64,000 nt of DNA from an uncultured Chloroflexia bacterium (GTDB lineage Bacteria; Chloroflexota; Limnocylindria; Limnocylindrales; CSP1-4), in assembly GCA_963707215.1 (NCBI GenBank), contig CAVPPB010000004.1, positions 45,586-109,585 on the forward strand. The letters are read 5' to 3'. Below, in pieces: positions 21,222-38,223 of this stretch (its first letter is position 1; the number at the start of each line of letters is the position of its first letter). The notes below the pieces were generated by a model. That model saw nothing but the letters and a program-made list of their open reading frames with translations. It was not told the DNA's origin and did not search any database. Both the position numbers and the translations under genes were made by a program.

Positions 21222-21718
21222 CAGTCCACCCGCTCGGCTTCGAGACGGCGAACGCGGAAGGCGACCGCGACGGGCCCCACGATGGCGGCGAGGACCGTGT
21301 CGTAGAGCGCTCCGGGCAGCAGGGTAGGCAGCGGGTCCGTGAGGTCGATCGGGCCGCCCAGCGCGCGATAGAGGACTGCGAGGGTCACGGAGTAGAAGAC
21401 GCTCAGTACGAAGGTGATGGGTATCGGAGCCAGGTAGCGGACCGGGGCCAGCAGCCTGGCCATGCCGACCGCGCCCCCGGCGCACAGCAGCAGGACGAAC
21501 GCCGTCGACCCGATGGGGCGCTGTGCCAGGAGGTCGATCGCGAGGCCGCCGACGAAGGCGGCCGCAAGGCCGGCATCGAGCCCGAGCGCGACGCTGAGGA
21601 TGACGACATAGACGAGCACCAGGTGGGGGTGTCCCCCACCGATGGAGATGTACGGCCAGAGCGAGAGCTCGAGGACCGCCGCGACCACCGACCCGACCGC
21701 GGCGAGTGTCAGGGCCAT
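21218..21718 (-). CDS. mreD: Rod shape-determining protein MreD
   Basis: Five TM helices, PHLVLV and GGLAIDLL pattern, directly upstream of mrdA. Confidence 0.85.
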   Translation of the reverse strand: MALTLAAVGSVVAAVLELSLWPYISIGGGHPHLVLVYVVILSVALGLDAGLAAAFVGGLAIDLLAQRPIGSTAFVLLLCAGGAVGMARLLAPVRYLAPIPITFVLSVFYSVTLAVLYRALGGPIDLTDPLPTLLPGALYDTVLAAIVGPVAVAFRVRRLEAERVDW

Positions 21719-21903
21719 GGCGTGGAACCTCGATCGAAGGACACTGGGCCGCCGACCCAGCGGACCACACCCCGGGACCGGGGTCCGGGGGCGACGGCTC
21801 GAGTATAGGAGTGACCCTCGAGGACGGCAACGACCGGGGTCCAGGATGGACGACGGCCCGTCCTCGGCCGAGGACGGGCCGGTTGGCCCGAGGCGTGGAC
21901 CAC

Positions 21904-21919
21904 CGTTGCACGTGAAACA
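21904..21919. promoter_or_regulatory. parS centromere-like site
   Basis: CGTTGCACGTGAAACA, 14/16 match to TGTTTCACGTGAAACA, about 200 bp upstream of parA. Confidence 0.75.
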
Positions 21920-22083
21920 ACGACCCCTGGGGAGTTCGGCGACCTGCTGGCCTTGCCTTGGATGCGACGGACACCCGCACCTGATCCATGGCCGGGAGCG
22001 TGGCCGACCGTGGATACGTGGCAGCTATGGGGTCGATGCCACCTTGGGTGGGTGGCTCGAGAGCGGTCCGAAGCTTCGTCCCC

Positions 22084-22092
22084 TGCTAGAAT
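22084..22092 (+). promoter_or_regulatory. Extended -10 promoter of the parAB-gyr operon
   Basis: TGCTAGAAT about 35 nt upstream of the parA GTG. Confidence 0.55.
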
Positions 22093-22126
22093 CGCGGATG
22101 TGATCCCGTCCCTCGTCGGCGGCTGA

Positions 22127-22978
22127 GTGGGCCGCATCGTTGCCTGCGCCAACCAGAAGGGTGGCGTCGGCAAGACCACCACCGTCGTCAACCTCGGGAC
22201 CTACCTTGCGCTCGATGGCGATCGCGTCCTCATCGTCGACCTTGACCCCCAGGGCAACACGACGAGCGGGTTCGGGATCGATCGGGGAACGCTGGAGCGG
22301 TCCATCTACGATGCCCTCACCGGTGCGTTGACGCTGGCGGATCTGGCATGCGACACGGCCATCCCCGGTCTTCGGATCGTGCCCGCCGCGATCGCGCTCG
22401 CCGGCGCCGAGGTCGAGCTTGCCGTGGTCGAACAGCGCGAACGCCGACTCCGCACGATCGTTCGCGACATCGCCACGGAGTACGAGTACATCCTCATCGA
22501 TTGCCCCCCGTCGCTGGGCCTGCTCACGGTGAACGCACTGACCGCTGCGGACGAGGTCCTGATCCCGATCCAGAGCGAGTACTACGCACTCGAGGGGCTC
22601 ACCCAGTTGATCGCCACCATCAATCTGATCCGCGACCACCTGAACCCGGATCTCGCCGTGCGCGGGGTCGTTCTGACCATGTACGACGCGCGGACGAACC
22701 TCTCGGCCCAGGTCGCCGCCGAGGTGCGCACCCACCTTGGCGCCGCGGTCTTCGGGACCGTCATCCCGAGGAGCGTTCGCTTGTCCGAGTCGCCGAGCCA
22801 TGGAGTGCCGATCGCGCTATATCGACCCGAATCCAAGGGCGCAGCCGCGTACCAGGCCCTGGCCGCCGAGTTCCGCGCGAGGGACCGGCGCGGCGAGGTC
22901 CACCCGGGGTCCCGGTGCGTTCGATGCGCCGGCGGTGATCCCGGCCACGCTCGATCCAGTGCTCGCGATGGTGAAGAC

Positions 22979-22982
<4 letters not shown>
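22127..22982 (+). CDS. parA: Chromosome partition ATPase ParA/Soj (apparent indel near the 3' end)
   Basis: NQKGGVGKTT, DLDPQGN, DCPPSLG; alternative-frame tail ends at TGA 22980-22982, overlapping the parB ATG (ATGA). Confidence 0.9.
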
Positions 22983-26349
<3,367 letters not shown>

Positions 26350-26353
<4 letters not shown>

Positions 26354-27408
26354 GCCCGACCGCGAGCCTGGTAGAGCGGTCGCTCGCCCGGGTCGCGCCG
26401 GGGAGACCGGGCGAAGGTGAGGCCCGGACCGTAGGCGTCGCGATGCGGATCGGGCCCACGACCACGCAGGGGCGCACCTTCGTCGAGGAGTCTCGCCCCA
26501 TGGCGGTGGCGCTCGGGAGAAGCGTCGCCGGACTCGTGCAGGACCCTGATGCCCTCGTCCGGGAGCTCTCTGCCGGACTCGCCGGCCTGACCGACCAGGA
26601 GTACCTGGCGGGCCAGCGCCGGGTAGCGCCGGGGATCGGCGACCTCCATGGCGTCCGATCGCCGCTCCTCGCGGCGGTGGGGCGGGAGCTCGCCCGGGCC
26701 ACCGCGGACGACCCCGCCTCCGTGCTCCTGCTCGTCGCTGACCGCCTGCTCCGAGCGCCGACCCTGGAGGAGCGCTGGCTCGCCTTCGGCATCCTCGAGC
26801 GCACGCTGGCAGGGGATCCGGAGCGCTCCTGGCAGCTGCTCCGCAGGGCCGCCCGCGAGGCCGCAGACTGGATCACCGTCGACAGCCTGGCGCGGGTCAT
26901 CGGGCGCGGGATCCTCGCGGAGCCATACCGCTGGGCCGAGCTCGAGCAGCTCGTCTTCTCGCCGTCGCCCTGGGAGCGACGCCTCGTCGGCTCGACGATC
27001 GCCGGCCTTCCCTACGTGGATCGTCGCCTGGGGCGCGACCCGGCCATCGCAGAGCGCTCACTGACCATCCTGGGCGACCTCATCGGCGATCGCGAGCCCG
27101 ATGTCCAGAAGGCCCTGGCCTGGGCTCTGCGCTCGATGACCCTCGTCGACGCCCCCGTGGTGGAGAGCTTCTGTCGTCGCGAGTCCGCCGCCGCGGTCCG
27201 AACCTCGGACGGCCACCGGGCCTGGGTCGTCCGGGCGGCGCTGCCGCGGCTGGCACCGACGACGGCCGGAGCGCTCCGCGCGGATCTGGCCGGCATCCGC
27301 CGCCGACCGGGCGCCCCATCGACCTCGCGGGCCGCCGCGACCGCGGCCCGCTTCGGCGGCCAAGCCGGCTTGCCGGACCCGGCCGACCTCCCCGAGCCAC
27401 CGCTCTGA
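26350..27408 (+). CDS. DNA alkylation repair protein-like (AlkD / HEAT-repeat)
   Basis: [32 protein letters not shown]. Confidence 0.75.
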
Positions 27409-27430
27409 CCTCCAAGGAGACTCCACGACC

Positions 27431-29986
27431 GTGACCGAGGACAGCGGCAGCAGCATCAGGAGCATCCGCATCGAGGACGAGATGCGGGTCAGCTACCTCG
27501 ACTACGCCATGAGCGTGATCGTGTCCCGGGCCCTCCCCGACGTCCGGGACGGGCTCAAGCCGGTCCATCGCCGGATCCTCTACACGATGGGCGAGATGGG
27601 CCTCTCGTCGAGCTCGTCCTACCGCAAGTGCGCGGCGATCGTCGGCGAGGTCATGGGCAAGTACCACCCGCACGGTGACGTCGCCCTGTACGACGCGCTC
27701 GTACGGCTGGCCCAGGACTTCTCGATGCGCTACCCGCTGGTGGATGGCCAGGGCAACTTCGGCTCCGTCGATGGCGATTCGCCGGCGGCGATGCGCTACA
27801 CGGAGGCGCGCCTGACGGGGATCGCGGCCGAGATGCTGGCCGACATCGACAGGGACACCGTCGACTACGTCGACAACTACGATGCCACCCAACGCCAGCC
27901 CTCCGTGCTGCCCGCCAAGCTGCCGAACCTGCTGGTCAATGGCAGCTCGGGCATCGCCGTCGGTATGGCCACGAACGTGCCACCACACCACCTCGGCGAG
28001 GTCTGCGACGCCGCGATCGCCCTGATCGAGGATCCCGAGATCACTTCGGACGACCTGTGCGACCGCGTCCACGGGCCGGACTTCCCGACCGGGGGGACGA
28101 TCTTCCGGTTCGAGACCCGGCGCAACCCGCTGACCGGCGAGAACGAGACCGTCGACGCGATCCGGGAGATGTACGCCCACGGACGCGGGCGGGTCGTGAT
28201 GCGGTCCCAGGTCGCGTTCGAGGAGACCCGCAACGACCGGACGGCGATCATCGTCACCGAGCTGCCGTACCAGGTGAACAAGGCGGCCCTCCTCGAGAAG
28301 ATCGCCGACCTGGTCAAGGACAAGAAGCTCGAGGGCATCGCCGACCTCCGCGACGAGTCCGACCGCGACGGGATGCGGATCTACATCGAGATCAAGCGGG
28401 ACGCCAACCCCCACAAGGTGCTGAACAATCTGTTCAAGCACACCCCGATGCAGCTGGCCTTCAACATGAACATGCTGGCCCTCGTCGACGGCCAGCCGCA
28501 GACGCTGCCGCTGAAGGCCGTCCTCCAGCACTACATCGATCATCGTCGCGAGGTGGTCCGCCGGCGCACCGAGTTCGACCTCGAGAAGGCCCGGGCCCGG
28601 GCCCACGTCCTCGAGGGCCTCAAGATCGCCCTCGACCACCTGGACGCGGTGATCAAGACCATCCGGGAGTCGGCCGACGTCGACGTCGCCCGCCGCAACC
28701 TCATGGATCGCTTCGGCCTGTCCGAGATCCAGGCGCAGGCCATCCTCGACATGCGCCTGGCTCGCCTCGCCGCCCTCGAGCGCCAGAAGATCGAGGACGA
28801 GTACCTCAACGTCATCCAGTTGATCGCCGAGCTGGAGGACATCCTGGCCAACCCCGCCCGGGTGCTCGGCATCATCAAGGACGAGCTCGGCGAGCTGAAG
28901 CGCAAGTACGCGGGCGAGCGACGGACCCGGGTCGAGGACAGCGCATCGCGGGAGATGACCGACGAGGACCTGATCGCCGACGAGGACGTCGTGATCACCA
29001 TCTCCGGCCGTGGCTACATCAAGCGCCAGCCGGTCGCGACGTACCGCCGCCAGCATCGGGGCGGCAAGGGCATCGTGGGTCATGTGACCCGCGAGGAGGA
29101 CGCCGTCAAGCACCTTCTGGTCGCCAACACGCACGACTGGGCGCTCTTCTTCACGAACCGTGGCCGGGTGTTCTCGGCCAAGGTCCACCAGATCCCCGAC
29201 GCCAGCCGCCAGGCCAAAGGCATCCCGATCATCAACCTGCCGGGCGTCCAGGTCGAGACCGGCGAGGTCCCGATGGCGACGATCGTCCTGCCCGACTTCA
29301 CAGCCGGTTCGTTCCTGGTGCTGGCCACGCGCCGGGGCATCATCAAGAAGACGCCGTTGGAGCAGTTCGAACGGGTCCGCAGCTCCGGTATCCGGGCCAT
29401 CAGCATCAACGAGGGCGACGAGCTGGCCTGGGTCGACGTATCGACGGGATCGGACGACATCATCATCGCGACCGCCCTCGGCAGGCTGGCACGCTTCTCG
29501 GAGACCGAGGTCCGGCCGATGGGGCGCGACGCTGCCGGGGTCATCGGCATCAGGCTGGCTCGCCAGGGCGACGCCGTCATCGTGATGTCGGTCGTCAGGC
29601 CGGAGCTGGACCTCCTGGTCCTGACCGAGACCGGCTATGGCAAGCGCGTCCCGATGAGCGAGTTCAATCGCAAGCACCGGGGCGGCCAGGGGGTCCAGCT
29701 GATCGCCCTCGAGGGGCGCAAGACCGGCAAGGTGGCCGCCGTCCAGGAGGTCACCGAGGACGACGAGGAGCTGTTCCTCGTCTCATCCGACGGCCAGGTC
29801 GTGCGGACCGACGTGCGGACGATCAACCGCTACCGATCGAGTGCCCGCGGCGTCATCGTCATGCGGCTCAGGGATGGTGACAGGGTCGCCGGCATCGCGG
29901 CCTTCGCCGCCGGACTTGCGGCGCGGGTCGCCATGGGCGACGATGACGGCCCGACGGAGCCGGGATCGTCAAGCGGCGAGGGTTGA
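27431..29986 (+). CDS. gyrA: DNA gyrase subunit A
   Basis: [15 protein letters not shown] (catalytic Tyr), GyrA-box QHRGGKG, pinwheel CTD. Confidence 0.97.
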   Translation: MTEDSGSSIRSIRIEDEMRVSYLDYAMSVIVSRALPDVRDGLKPVHRRILYTMGEMGLSSSSSYRKCAAIVGEVMGKYHPHGDVALYDALVRLAQDFSMRYPLVDGQGNFGSVDGDSPAAMRYTEARLTGIAAEMLADIDRDTVDYVDNYDATQRQPSVLPAKLPNLLVNGSSGIAVGMATNVPPHHLGEVCDAAIALIEDPEITSDDLCDRVHGPDFPTGGTIFRFETRRNPLTGENETVDAIREMYAHGRGRVVMRSQVAFEETRNDRTAIIVTELPYQVNKAALLEKIADLVKDKKLEGIADLRDESDRDGMRIYIEIKRDANPHKVLNNLFKHTPMQLAFNMNMLALVDGQPQTLPLKAVLQHYIDHRREVVRRRTEFDLEKARARAHVLEGLKIALDHLDAVIKTIRESADVDVARRNLMDRFGLSEIQAQAILDMRLARLAALERQKIEDEYLNVIQLIAELEDILANPARVLGIIKDELGELKRKYAGERRTRVEDSASREMTDEDLIADEDVVITISGRGYIKRQPVATYRRQHRGGKGIVGHVTREEDAVKHLLVANTHDWALFFTNRGRVFSAKVHQIPDASRQAKGIPIINLPGVQVETGEVPMATIVLPDFTAGSFLVLATRRGIIKKTPLEQFERVRSSGIRAISINEGDELAWVDVSTGSDDIIIATALGRLARFSETEVRPMGRDAAGVIGIRLARQGDAVIVMSVVRPELDLLVLTETGYGKRVPMSEFNRKHRGGQGVQLIALEGRKTGKVAAVQEVTEDDEELFLVSSDGQVVRTDVRTINRYRSSARGVIVMRLRDGDRVAGIAAFAAGLAARVAMGDDDGPTEPGSSSGEG

Positions 29987-31119
29987 GCGGCCCGCGGGGC
30001 ACTCCGGGGGACGGCGAGGAGGTCGCGCCCGTGTACGCAGACCAGTTCGAGATCTACCACGGCAACTCGAACCCGGACCTCGCCCGGAAGATCTCCCGCT
30101 ACCTGGGTAGCGAGCCCGGCAGGGCCGAGGTCTTCCAGTTCGCCAACGAGAACATCTTCGTCAGGATCATCGACAACGTCCGCGAGAAGGACGTCTTCCT
30201 GGTCCAGCCCACCTGCAGGCCGGTCAACCAGTCGATCATGGAGCTCCTGGTCATGATCGACGCGTTCAAGCGGGCCAGCGCCGGGCGGATCACGGCCGTC
30301 ATCCCGTACTACGCCTACGGTCGGTCGGACAAGAAGGACCAGCCGAGGGTCCCTATCACGGCCCGCCTGGTCGCCGACATGATCACGGTGGCCGGCGCCG
30401 ACAGGGTCCTGACGCTCGACCTCCACCAGGGTCAGATCCAGGGATTCTTCAACATCCCGGTCGACGAGCTGACGGCGGTCCACCTGCTCTCGAACTACTT
30501 CCGGCACAAGCACCTCGACGCGCCGGTGGTGGTCACCGATCTGGGCTTCGCCAAGCGGGCCCGCGCCTTCGCGGAGCTACTCGACGCACCGCTTGCCATC
30601 ATCGAGAAGCGCCGGGTCGACAACAAGGACCAGGCCGAGCTGCTGAACGTCATCGGCGAGGTCCGGGGCCGCCGCGCCATCATCGTCGACGACGAGATCG
30701 ACACCGCGGGGACGCTGATCGAGGTGGTACGGGCGCTCGAGCGCGAGGGTGTCACCGAGATGTACGCCTGCGCCACCCACGGAGTGCTCTCCGATCCGGC
30801 CGTCGACCGTATCCGCGACTCCTCGCTCCGCGAGGTGGTCCTCACTGATTCGGTCCCGCTCCCCGCGGACAAGCGCCTGCCCCGCATCACCACGCTTTCG
30901 GTCGCCCCGCTCATCGGCGAGGCCATCAAGCGCATCCATCGCGGCGAATCCGTCGGGGCGCTGTTCAGCAGCGAGCTCCCGCTGGTCCAGGAGATGACCT
31001 TCTGGGGCGACGGCGTCGAGCGACGGCTGGATACTCGCGTGGAGCCGCACCAGACCGCGCCGATCGAGGTCGAGGCCGGCGAGCCCGCGATCGTCACGGC
31101 CAGCAGGGGAGAAGGATGA
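29983..31119 (+). CDS. prs: Ribose-phosphate pyrophosphokinase
   Basis: [33 protein letters not shown]. Confidence 0.95.
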   Translation: MSGPRGTPGDGEEVAPVYADQFEIYHGNSNPDLARKISRYLGSEPGRAEVFQFANENIFVRIIDNVREKDVFLVQPTCRPVNQSIMELLVMIDAFKRASAGRITAVIPYYAYGRSDKKDQPRVPITARLVADMITVAGADRVLTLDLHQGQIQGFFNIPVDELTAVHLLSNYFRHKHLDAPVVVTDLGFAKRARAFAELLDAPLAIIEKRRVDNKDQAELLNVIGEVRGRRAIIVDDEIDTAGTLIEVVRALEREGVTEMYACATHGVLSDPAVDRIRDSSLREVVLTDSVPLPADKRLPRITTLSVAPLIGEAIKRIHRGESVGALFSSELPLVQEMTFWGDGVERRLDTRVEPHQTAPIEVEAGEPAIVTASRGEG

Positions 31120-31367
31120 CCCTCCAGCACCATCGCCCGGACGGCGCCGGCGGCCTGGAGCCGCGGCCCGTGGTCGAGGAGAACTGGCGTCGCCAGCTGC
31201 GTTCGCCGCGGTGGGGCGCGGCGCTCAAGGGCGGCAGGATGCCCAGCCTGAAGAACCCGGACATGGACCCCACCCCGACCCGCGTCTCGCTGGTCTTCTG
31301 GCTCGCCCTGGGGGCGCTCACCTTCGTCCTCCTGGTGGTGGGCTACGGGACCGGGTTCTGGGGCTGA
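31116..31367 (+). CDS. Small hypothetical membrane protein
   Basis: ATGA-coupled to prs, one C-terminal TM helix. Confidence 0.65.
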   Translation: MTLQHHRPDGAGGLEPRPVVEENWRRQLRSPRWGAALKGGRMPSLKNPDMDPTPTRVSLVFWLALGALTFVLLVVGYGTGFWG

Positions 31368-31381
31368 GGCGGGACCGACCC

Positions 31382-31708
31382 ATGGGCCGATCCGACGGAG
31401 CCGATCGTCGGTCGGCCACGGAGCCGACCGCGCGAGGGGAGGCCGGGGCCACAGAGGAGAATGACGCACCTCGACCGGGGCTCGGAGTGCCCCGACGACG
31501 ATCGGCACCGGTCGGCTCGACCATCGGCGGGATCCTGGTCGGCTTCGACGAGCAGGTCTGGCGCCGGCAACCGCCGGCCCAGGAGCGCGTCGGCCAGGTC
31601 GACCGGGCGAGGACCATCGTCGCACCGAGCGGCCTGACCGTCGAGCTGCCGGAGGGCCCCCAGGGCGACGAGCCGGACCGGACGGCCTCGCGCGGCAAGG
31701 ACCGGTGA
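31382..31708 (+). CDS. Hypothetical protein
   Basis: Fills the gap; its stop overlaps the next GTG; contains IGGILVGFDEQVWR. Confidence 0.45.
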   Translation: MGRSDGADRRSATEPTARGEAGATEENDAPRPGLGVPRRRSAPVGSTIGGILVGFDEQVWRRQPPAQERVGQVDRARTIVAPSGLTVELPEGPQGDEPDRTASRGKDR

Positions 31709-33787
31709 GCGGGGGCGGACGCCGGCCGGCCCTTGGGGCACTCGTCGGCTTGGCGCTGACGGTCGCGCTGGCCGTCCCCTCGGGCGGCGCGCGAGCGGCC
31801 AGCGACCCGGTGATCGCCCTCGAGCCGGTCGTGACCGGTCTCGAGCGGCCGGTCCTGGTGACCCATGCCGGGGACTCGCGGTTGTTCGTCGTGGAGCAGG
31901 TCGGGCGGGTGCGGGTCATCGCTGGGGGTACCCTGCGGGCGAACGCGTTCCTCGACATCTCCGGCCGCATCTCGACGGGCGGCGAACGCGGCCTGCTGGG
32001 CCTCGCCTTCCACCCAGCGTACGCGTCGAACGGACGCTTCTTCGTCTTCTACACGCGAGCCGACGACGGCGACATCCAGATCTCGGAGTTCCGCCGCTCG
32101 GCCGGCGACCCGCATCGGGCCGACGCCGCGTCGGAGCGGGCCATCCTGCGGGTGGAGCACTCGACCTACTCCAACCACAACGGCGGAACGCTCGCCTTCG
32201 GGCCCGACGGGTACCTGTACATCGGGACGGGCGACGGTGGCGGTGGCGGCGACCCCCTCGGCAACGCCCAGGACAAGCTGAGTCGACTCGGCAAGCTGCT
32301 CCGTATCGACGTCGACACGCCGAGCTCCACGATCCCCTACGAGGTCCCGGCGGACAATCCCTTCGTCGGCCGCGCAGGCGACGACCTGATCTGGTCCTAC
32401 GGGCTTCGCAACCCATGGCGCTTCTCATTCGACCGAGCGACCGGCGATCTCTGGATCGGCGACGTCGGCCAGGGATCCTGGGAGGAGATCGATCGAGCCC
32501 GACGGATTGCCGGCGGCGGCCGTGGCCTGGACTTCGGTTGGAATGTCCTCGAGGGCGACCATTGCTACGGCGCCACGACGTGTGTCAGGACCGGCCGCAC
32601 TCCGCCGCATCGCCGAGTACGCCGCACGGCAGCGGCGATTGCTCGGTGACGGGCGGCCACGTCTACCGTGGGAGCTCCAGCCCACTTCTCGTGGGTCGAT
32701 ACCTGTTCGGTGACTTCTGCAGCGGTCGGATCTGGAGCCTGGCGGCCGGCGGCGGCTCCCCACAGGCCGAGCGCCTGTTGGCCGACACCGACCTTCGGAT
32801 CACCTCATTCGGTGAGGATGTCGCCGGCGAGGTCTATGTCGCCGATCTGGGCGGGACGGTCAGCCGGATCGTCGAGACGCAGGTCACCCGGCGCTTCGGG
32901 ACCGACCGCTACGCGACGGCTGCCTCGGTCGCGGCCACCTTCCCGGCTGAGGTCCCGGTCGTCTACGTGGCGACCGGCGAGAACTACCCCGACGCGATCG
33001 CCGGCGGTCCGGCGGCGGCTCGCGACGACGGGCCGATCCTGCTCGTCCGCCGCGACGCCATCCCGGCGGCCACCGCCGCCGAGCTTGCCCGCCTCAAGCC
33101 GGCTCGGATCGTCGTCCTCGGCGGCACCGCGGTCGTCTCGGCCGGCGTCGCCAGCGCACTCGCCGCCTATACCCCGGGGCAGGTCACCCGGCGCTTCGGG
33201 ACCGACCGCTACGCGACGGCTGCCTCGGTCGCGGCCACCTTCCCGGCTGAGGTCCCGGTCGTCTACGTGGCGACCGGCGAGAACTACCCCGACGCGATCG
33301 CCGGCGGTCCGGCGGCGGCTCGCGACGACGGGCCGATCCTGCTCGTCCGCCGCGACGCCATCCCGGCGGCCACCGCCGCCGAGCTTGCCCGCCTCAAGCC
33401 GGCTCGGATCGTCGTCCTCGGCGGCACCGCGGTCGTCTCGGCCGGCGTCGCCAGCGCACTCGCCGCCTATACCCCGGGGCAGGTCACCCGGCGCTTCGGG
33501 CACCGACCGCTACGCGACGGCTGCCTCGGTCGCGGCCACCTTCCCGGCTGAGGTCCCGGTCGTCTACGTGGCGACCGGCGAGAACTACCCCGACGCGATC
33601 GCCGGCGGTCCGGCGGCGGCTCGCGACGACGGGCCGATCCTGCTCGTCCGCCGCGACGCCATCCCGGCGGCCACCGCCGCCGAGCTTGCCCGCCTGCAAG
33701 CCGGCTCGGATCGTCGTCCTCGGCGGCACCGCGGTCGTCTCGGCCGGCGTCGCCAGCGCACTCGCCGCCTATACCCCGGGGCCGTAG
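31705..33787 (+). CDS. Exported PQQ-dependent sugar-dehydrogenase-family (GSDH) beta-propeller with three cell-wall-binding-repeat-2 domains (about three indels)
   Basis: Signal peptide, GERGLLGLAFHP, NHNGG, YGLRNPWRFSFD, SFGED, then GTDRYATA...ATGENYPDAIAG...IVVLGG three times. Confidence 0.85.
32881..33782 (+). repeat. Tandem 300-bp repeat, three copies (CWB2 coding)
   Basis: 32881-33180 and 33181-33480 read identically; the third copy differs by two single-base insertions. Confidence 0.95.
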
Positions 33788-33797
33788 CAGCACCAGC

Positions 33798-34080
33798 ATG
33801 CCCGCGCCCTGGCTGATCCTGCTCGGCTGGCTCCTGGTCATCAACGCGGTGACCTTCGGTGCCTTCGCGATGGACAAGCGGGCCGCCCGCCGCGGCACCT
33901 GGCGGACCCGCGAACGGAACCTGCTCCTGCTGGAGTTGGCCGGGGGCTTCGTCGGCGGCTGGGCGGCGATGCAGCTGCTGCGCCACAAGACCCTGCACCG
34001 ATCATTCACGGCGATGCCGGTGGTCGCTGGCGCCCTCTGGGTGGGCGCGCCTCGTCCTGCTCTGGCTGGCCGCCCGGTAG
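33798..34080 (+). CDS. DUF1294 family membrane protein (apparent indel near the 3' end)
   Basis: FAMDKRAARRGTWRTRERNLL...GG...LRHKT. Confidence 0.8.
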
Positions 34081-34183
34081 GGATCCTGCCGCCGCGGCCC
34101 GCCGCGCACCGGATGCGGGCCTCGTCCGTGGCTCAGGCCGAGCGGATGGGGCCGAGCGGCCCTCGTCCTATACTTGCCGTCCC

Positions 34184-37137
<2,954 letters not shown>

Positions 37138-37141
<4 letters not shown>

Positions 37142-37824
37142 CGACCCGGGCGCTCGGCGGTCAGGAGGGCGTCTACCCGGCTCGCGGTCAGCGCGGCGCG
37201 GGCAACCTGGCGCGAGACCTCACCGTGCTGTTCTTCGTCGCTGGCCTCGGCATCGCGGCGGCGATCGGCTATGCCACCGTGCGCATCTGGCAGATCGGGT
37301 TGGCCGACGAAGCCCGGCCGGCGAGCGCGATCGTAGTCCTCGGGGCAGCCCAGTACGACGGGCGCCCGTCCCCGGTCTTCGAGGCCCGCCTCGATCACGC
37401 GGTGAGCCTCTGGGAGGCGGGCTACGCCCCGATCCTGGTGATGACCGGCGGGAAGCAGCCCGGAGACCGGGTGACCGAGGCGGAGACGGGCCGTGACTAC
37501 GCGCTGGCCCGGGGCGTGCCGCCAGCGGCCATCGTCATCGAGCCCGAGAGCCGCTCCACGCTGGAGTCGGTGGAGGCCGTCAGCCGGATCCTCGGGGAGC
37601 GCGGTGTCCGGGACGCCGTGTTCGTCTCGGATCGGACCCACATGCTGCGGGTGCTCCGGATGGCCGACGATGCCGGGCTCGAGGCATACGGGTCGCCGAC
37701 CCGGACGAGCCCCATCGAGCGACGGATCAGCCCACAGGTCCGGGCGACGGTCCACGAGCTGGGCGCCCTGGCCCTCTACTTCATCTCCGGCCAGGCGCCC
37801 TCGGACGAGCTCGACGCGGAGTGA
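37138..37824 (+). CDS. YdcF/ElyC (DUF218) family protein
   Basis: N-terminal TM, AIVVLG, TGG, SRSTLES, VSDRTHMLR. Confidence 0.85.
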
Positions 37825-37890
37825 CGCCGCCCGTTCGGGCACTCGCCGTCCCACGCTGCGAACCGATCGTCCCGACCCCGATCCACCCCC

Positions 37891-37919
37891 TTGGCGCTGG
37901 GGGATCGCGCCCATATACT
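37891..37919 (+). promoter_or_regulatory. Sigma70-type promoter upstream of the Cys-rich ORF and prfB
   Basis: TTGGCG-N17-TATACT. Confidence 0.7.
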
Positions 37920-37996
37920 GCGACGCGTCCCAGCGTTCCGGGCCGACCCGCCCGATGCCGCTCGGACATGCCGGCAGCAATCGACGTGAGGGAGCC

Positions 37997-38221
37997 GTGA
38001 AGCAGGCCGAGGAAGCATCGTTCGTCGATCTCATCGCCTGCGAGCGGGACTGTCGGAACTGCAGCTACGCCGCCGCCCTCGACTGCGACGGCAACTGCGG
38101 CGTCTGCCCGCACAACGGCTACTGCCCCTGCGTGAACCCCGTCGTCGCGCGGAGCAAGTCGGCGCTCCGGCTCATCGAGCTGCGCCCGCTCCTGCTCCAG
38201 GATCTCCGAGGCCGGAACTAG
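37997..38221 (+). CDS. Small Cys-rich protein (74 aa, 8 Cys, two CxxxCxxC)
   Basis: GAGGGAG SD then GTG; MKQAEEASFVDLIACERDCRNC...CDGNCGVC...CPC; mostly G/C-ending codons. Confidence 0.75.
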   Translation: MKQAEEASFVDLIACERDCRNCSYAAALDCDGNCGVCPHNGYCPCVNPVVARSKSALRLIELRPLLLQDLRGRN

Positions 38222-38223
38222 TC

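Noticed and set aside
27431-29986. Topoisomerase IV parE/parC instead of gyrase
   Set aside because: GyrA-box QHRGGKG and a full-length CTD are present
32881-33782. CRISPR array or mobile repeat
   Set aside because: The units are 300-bp in-frame coding repeats with no spacers or cas genes
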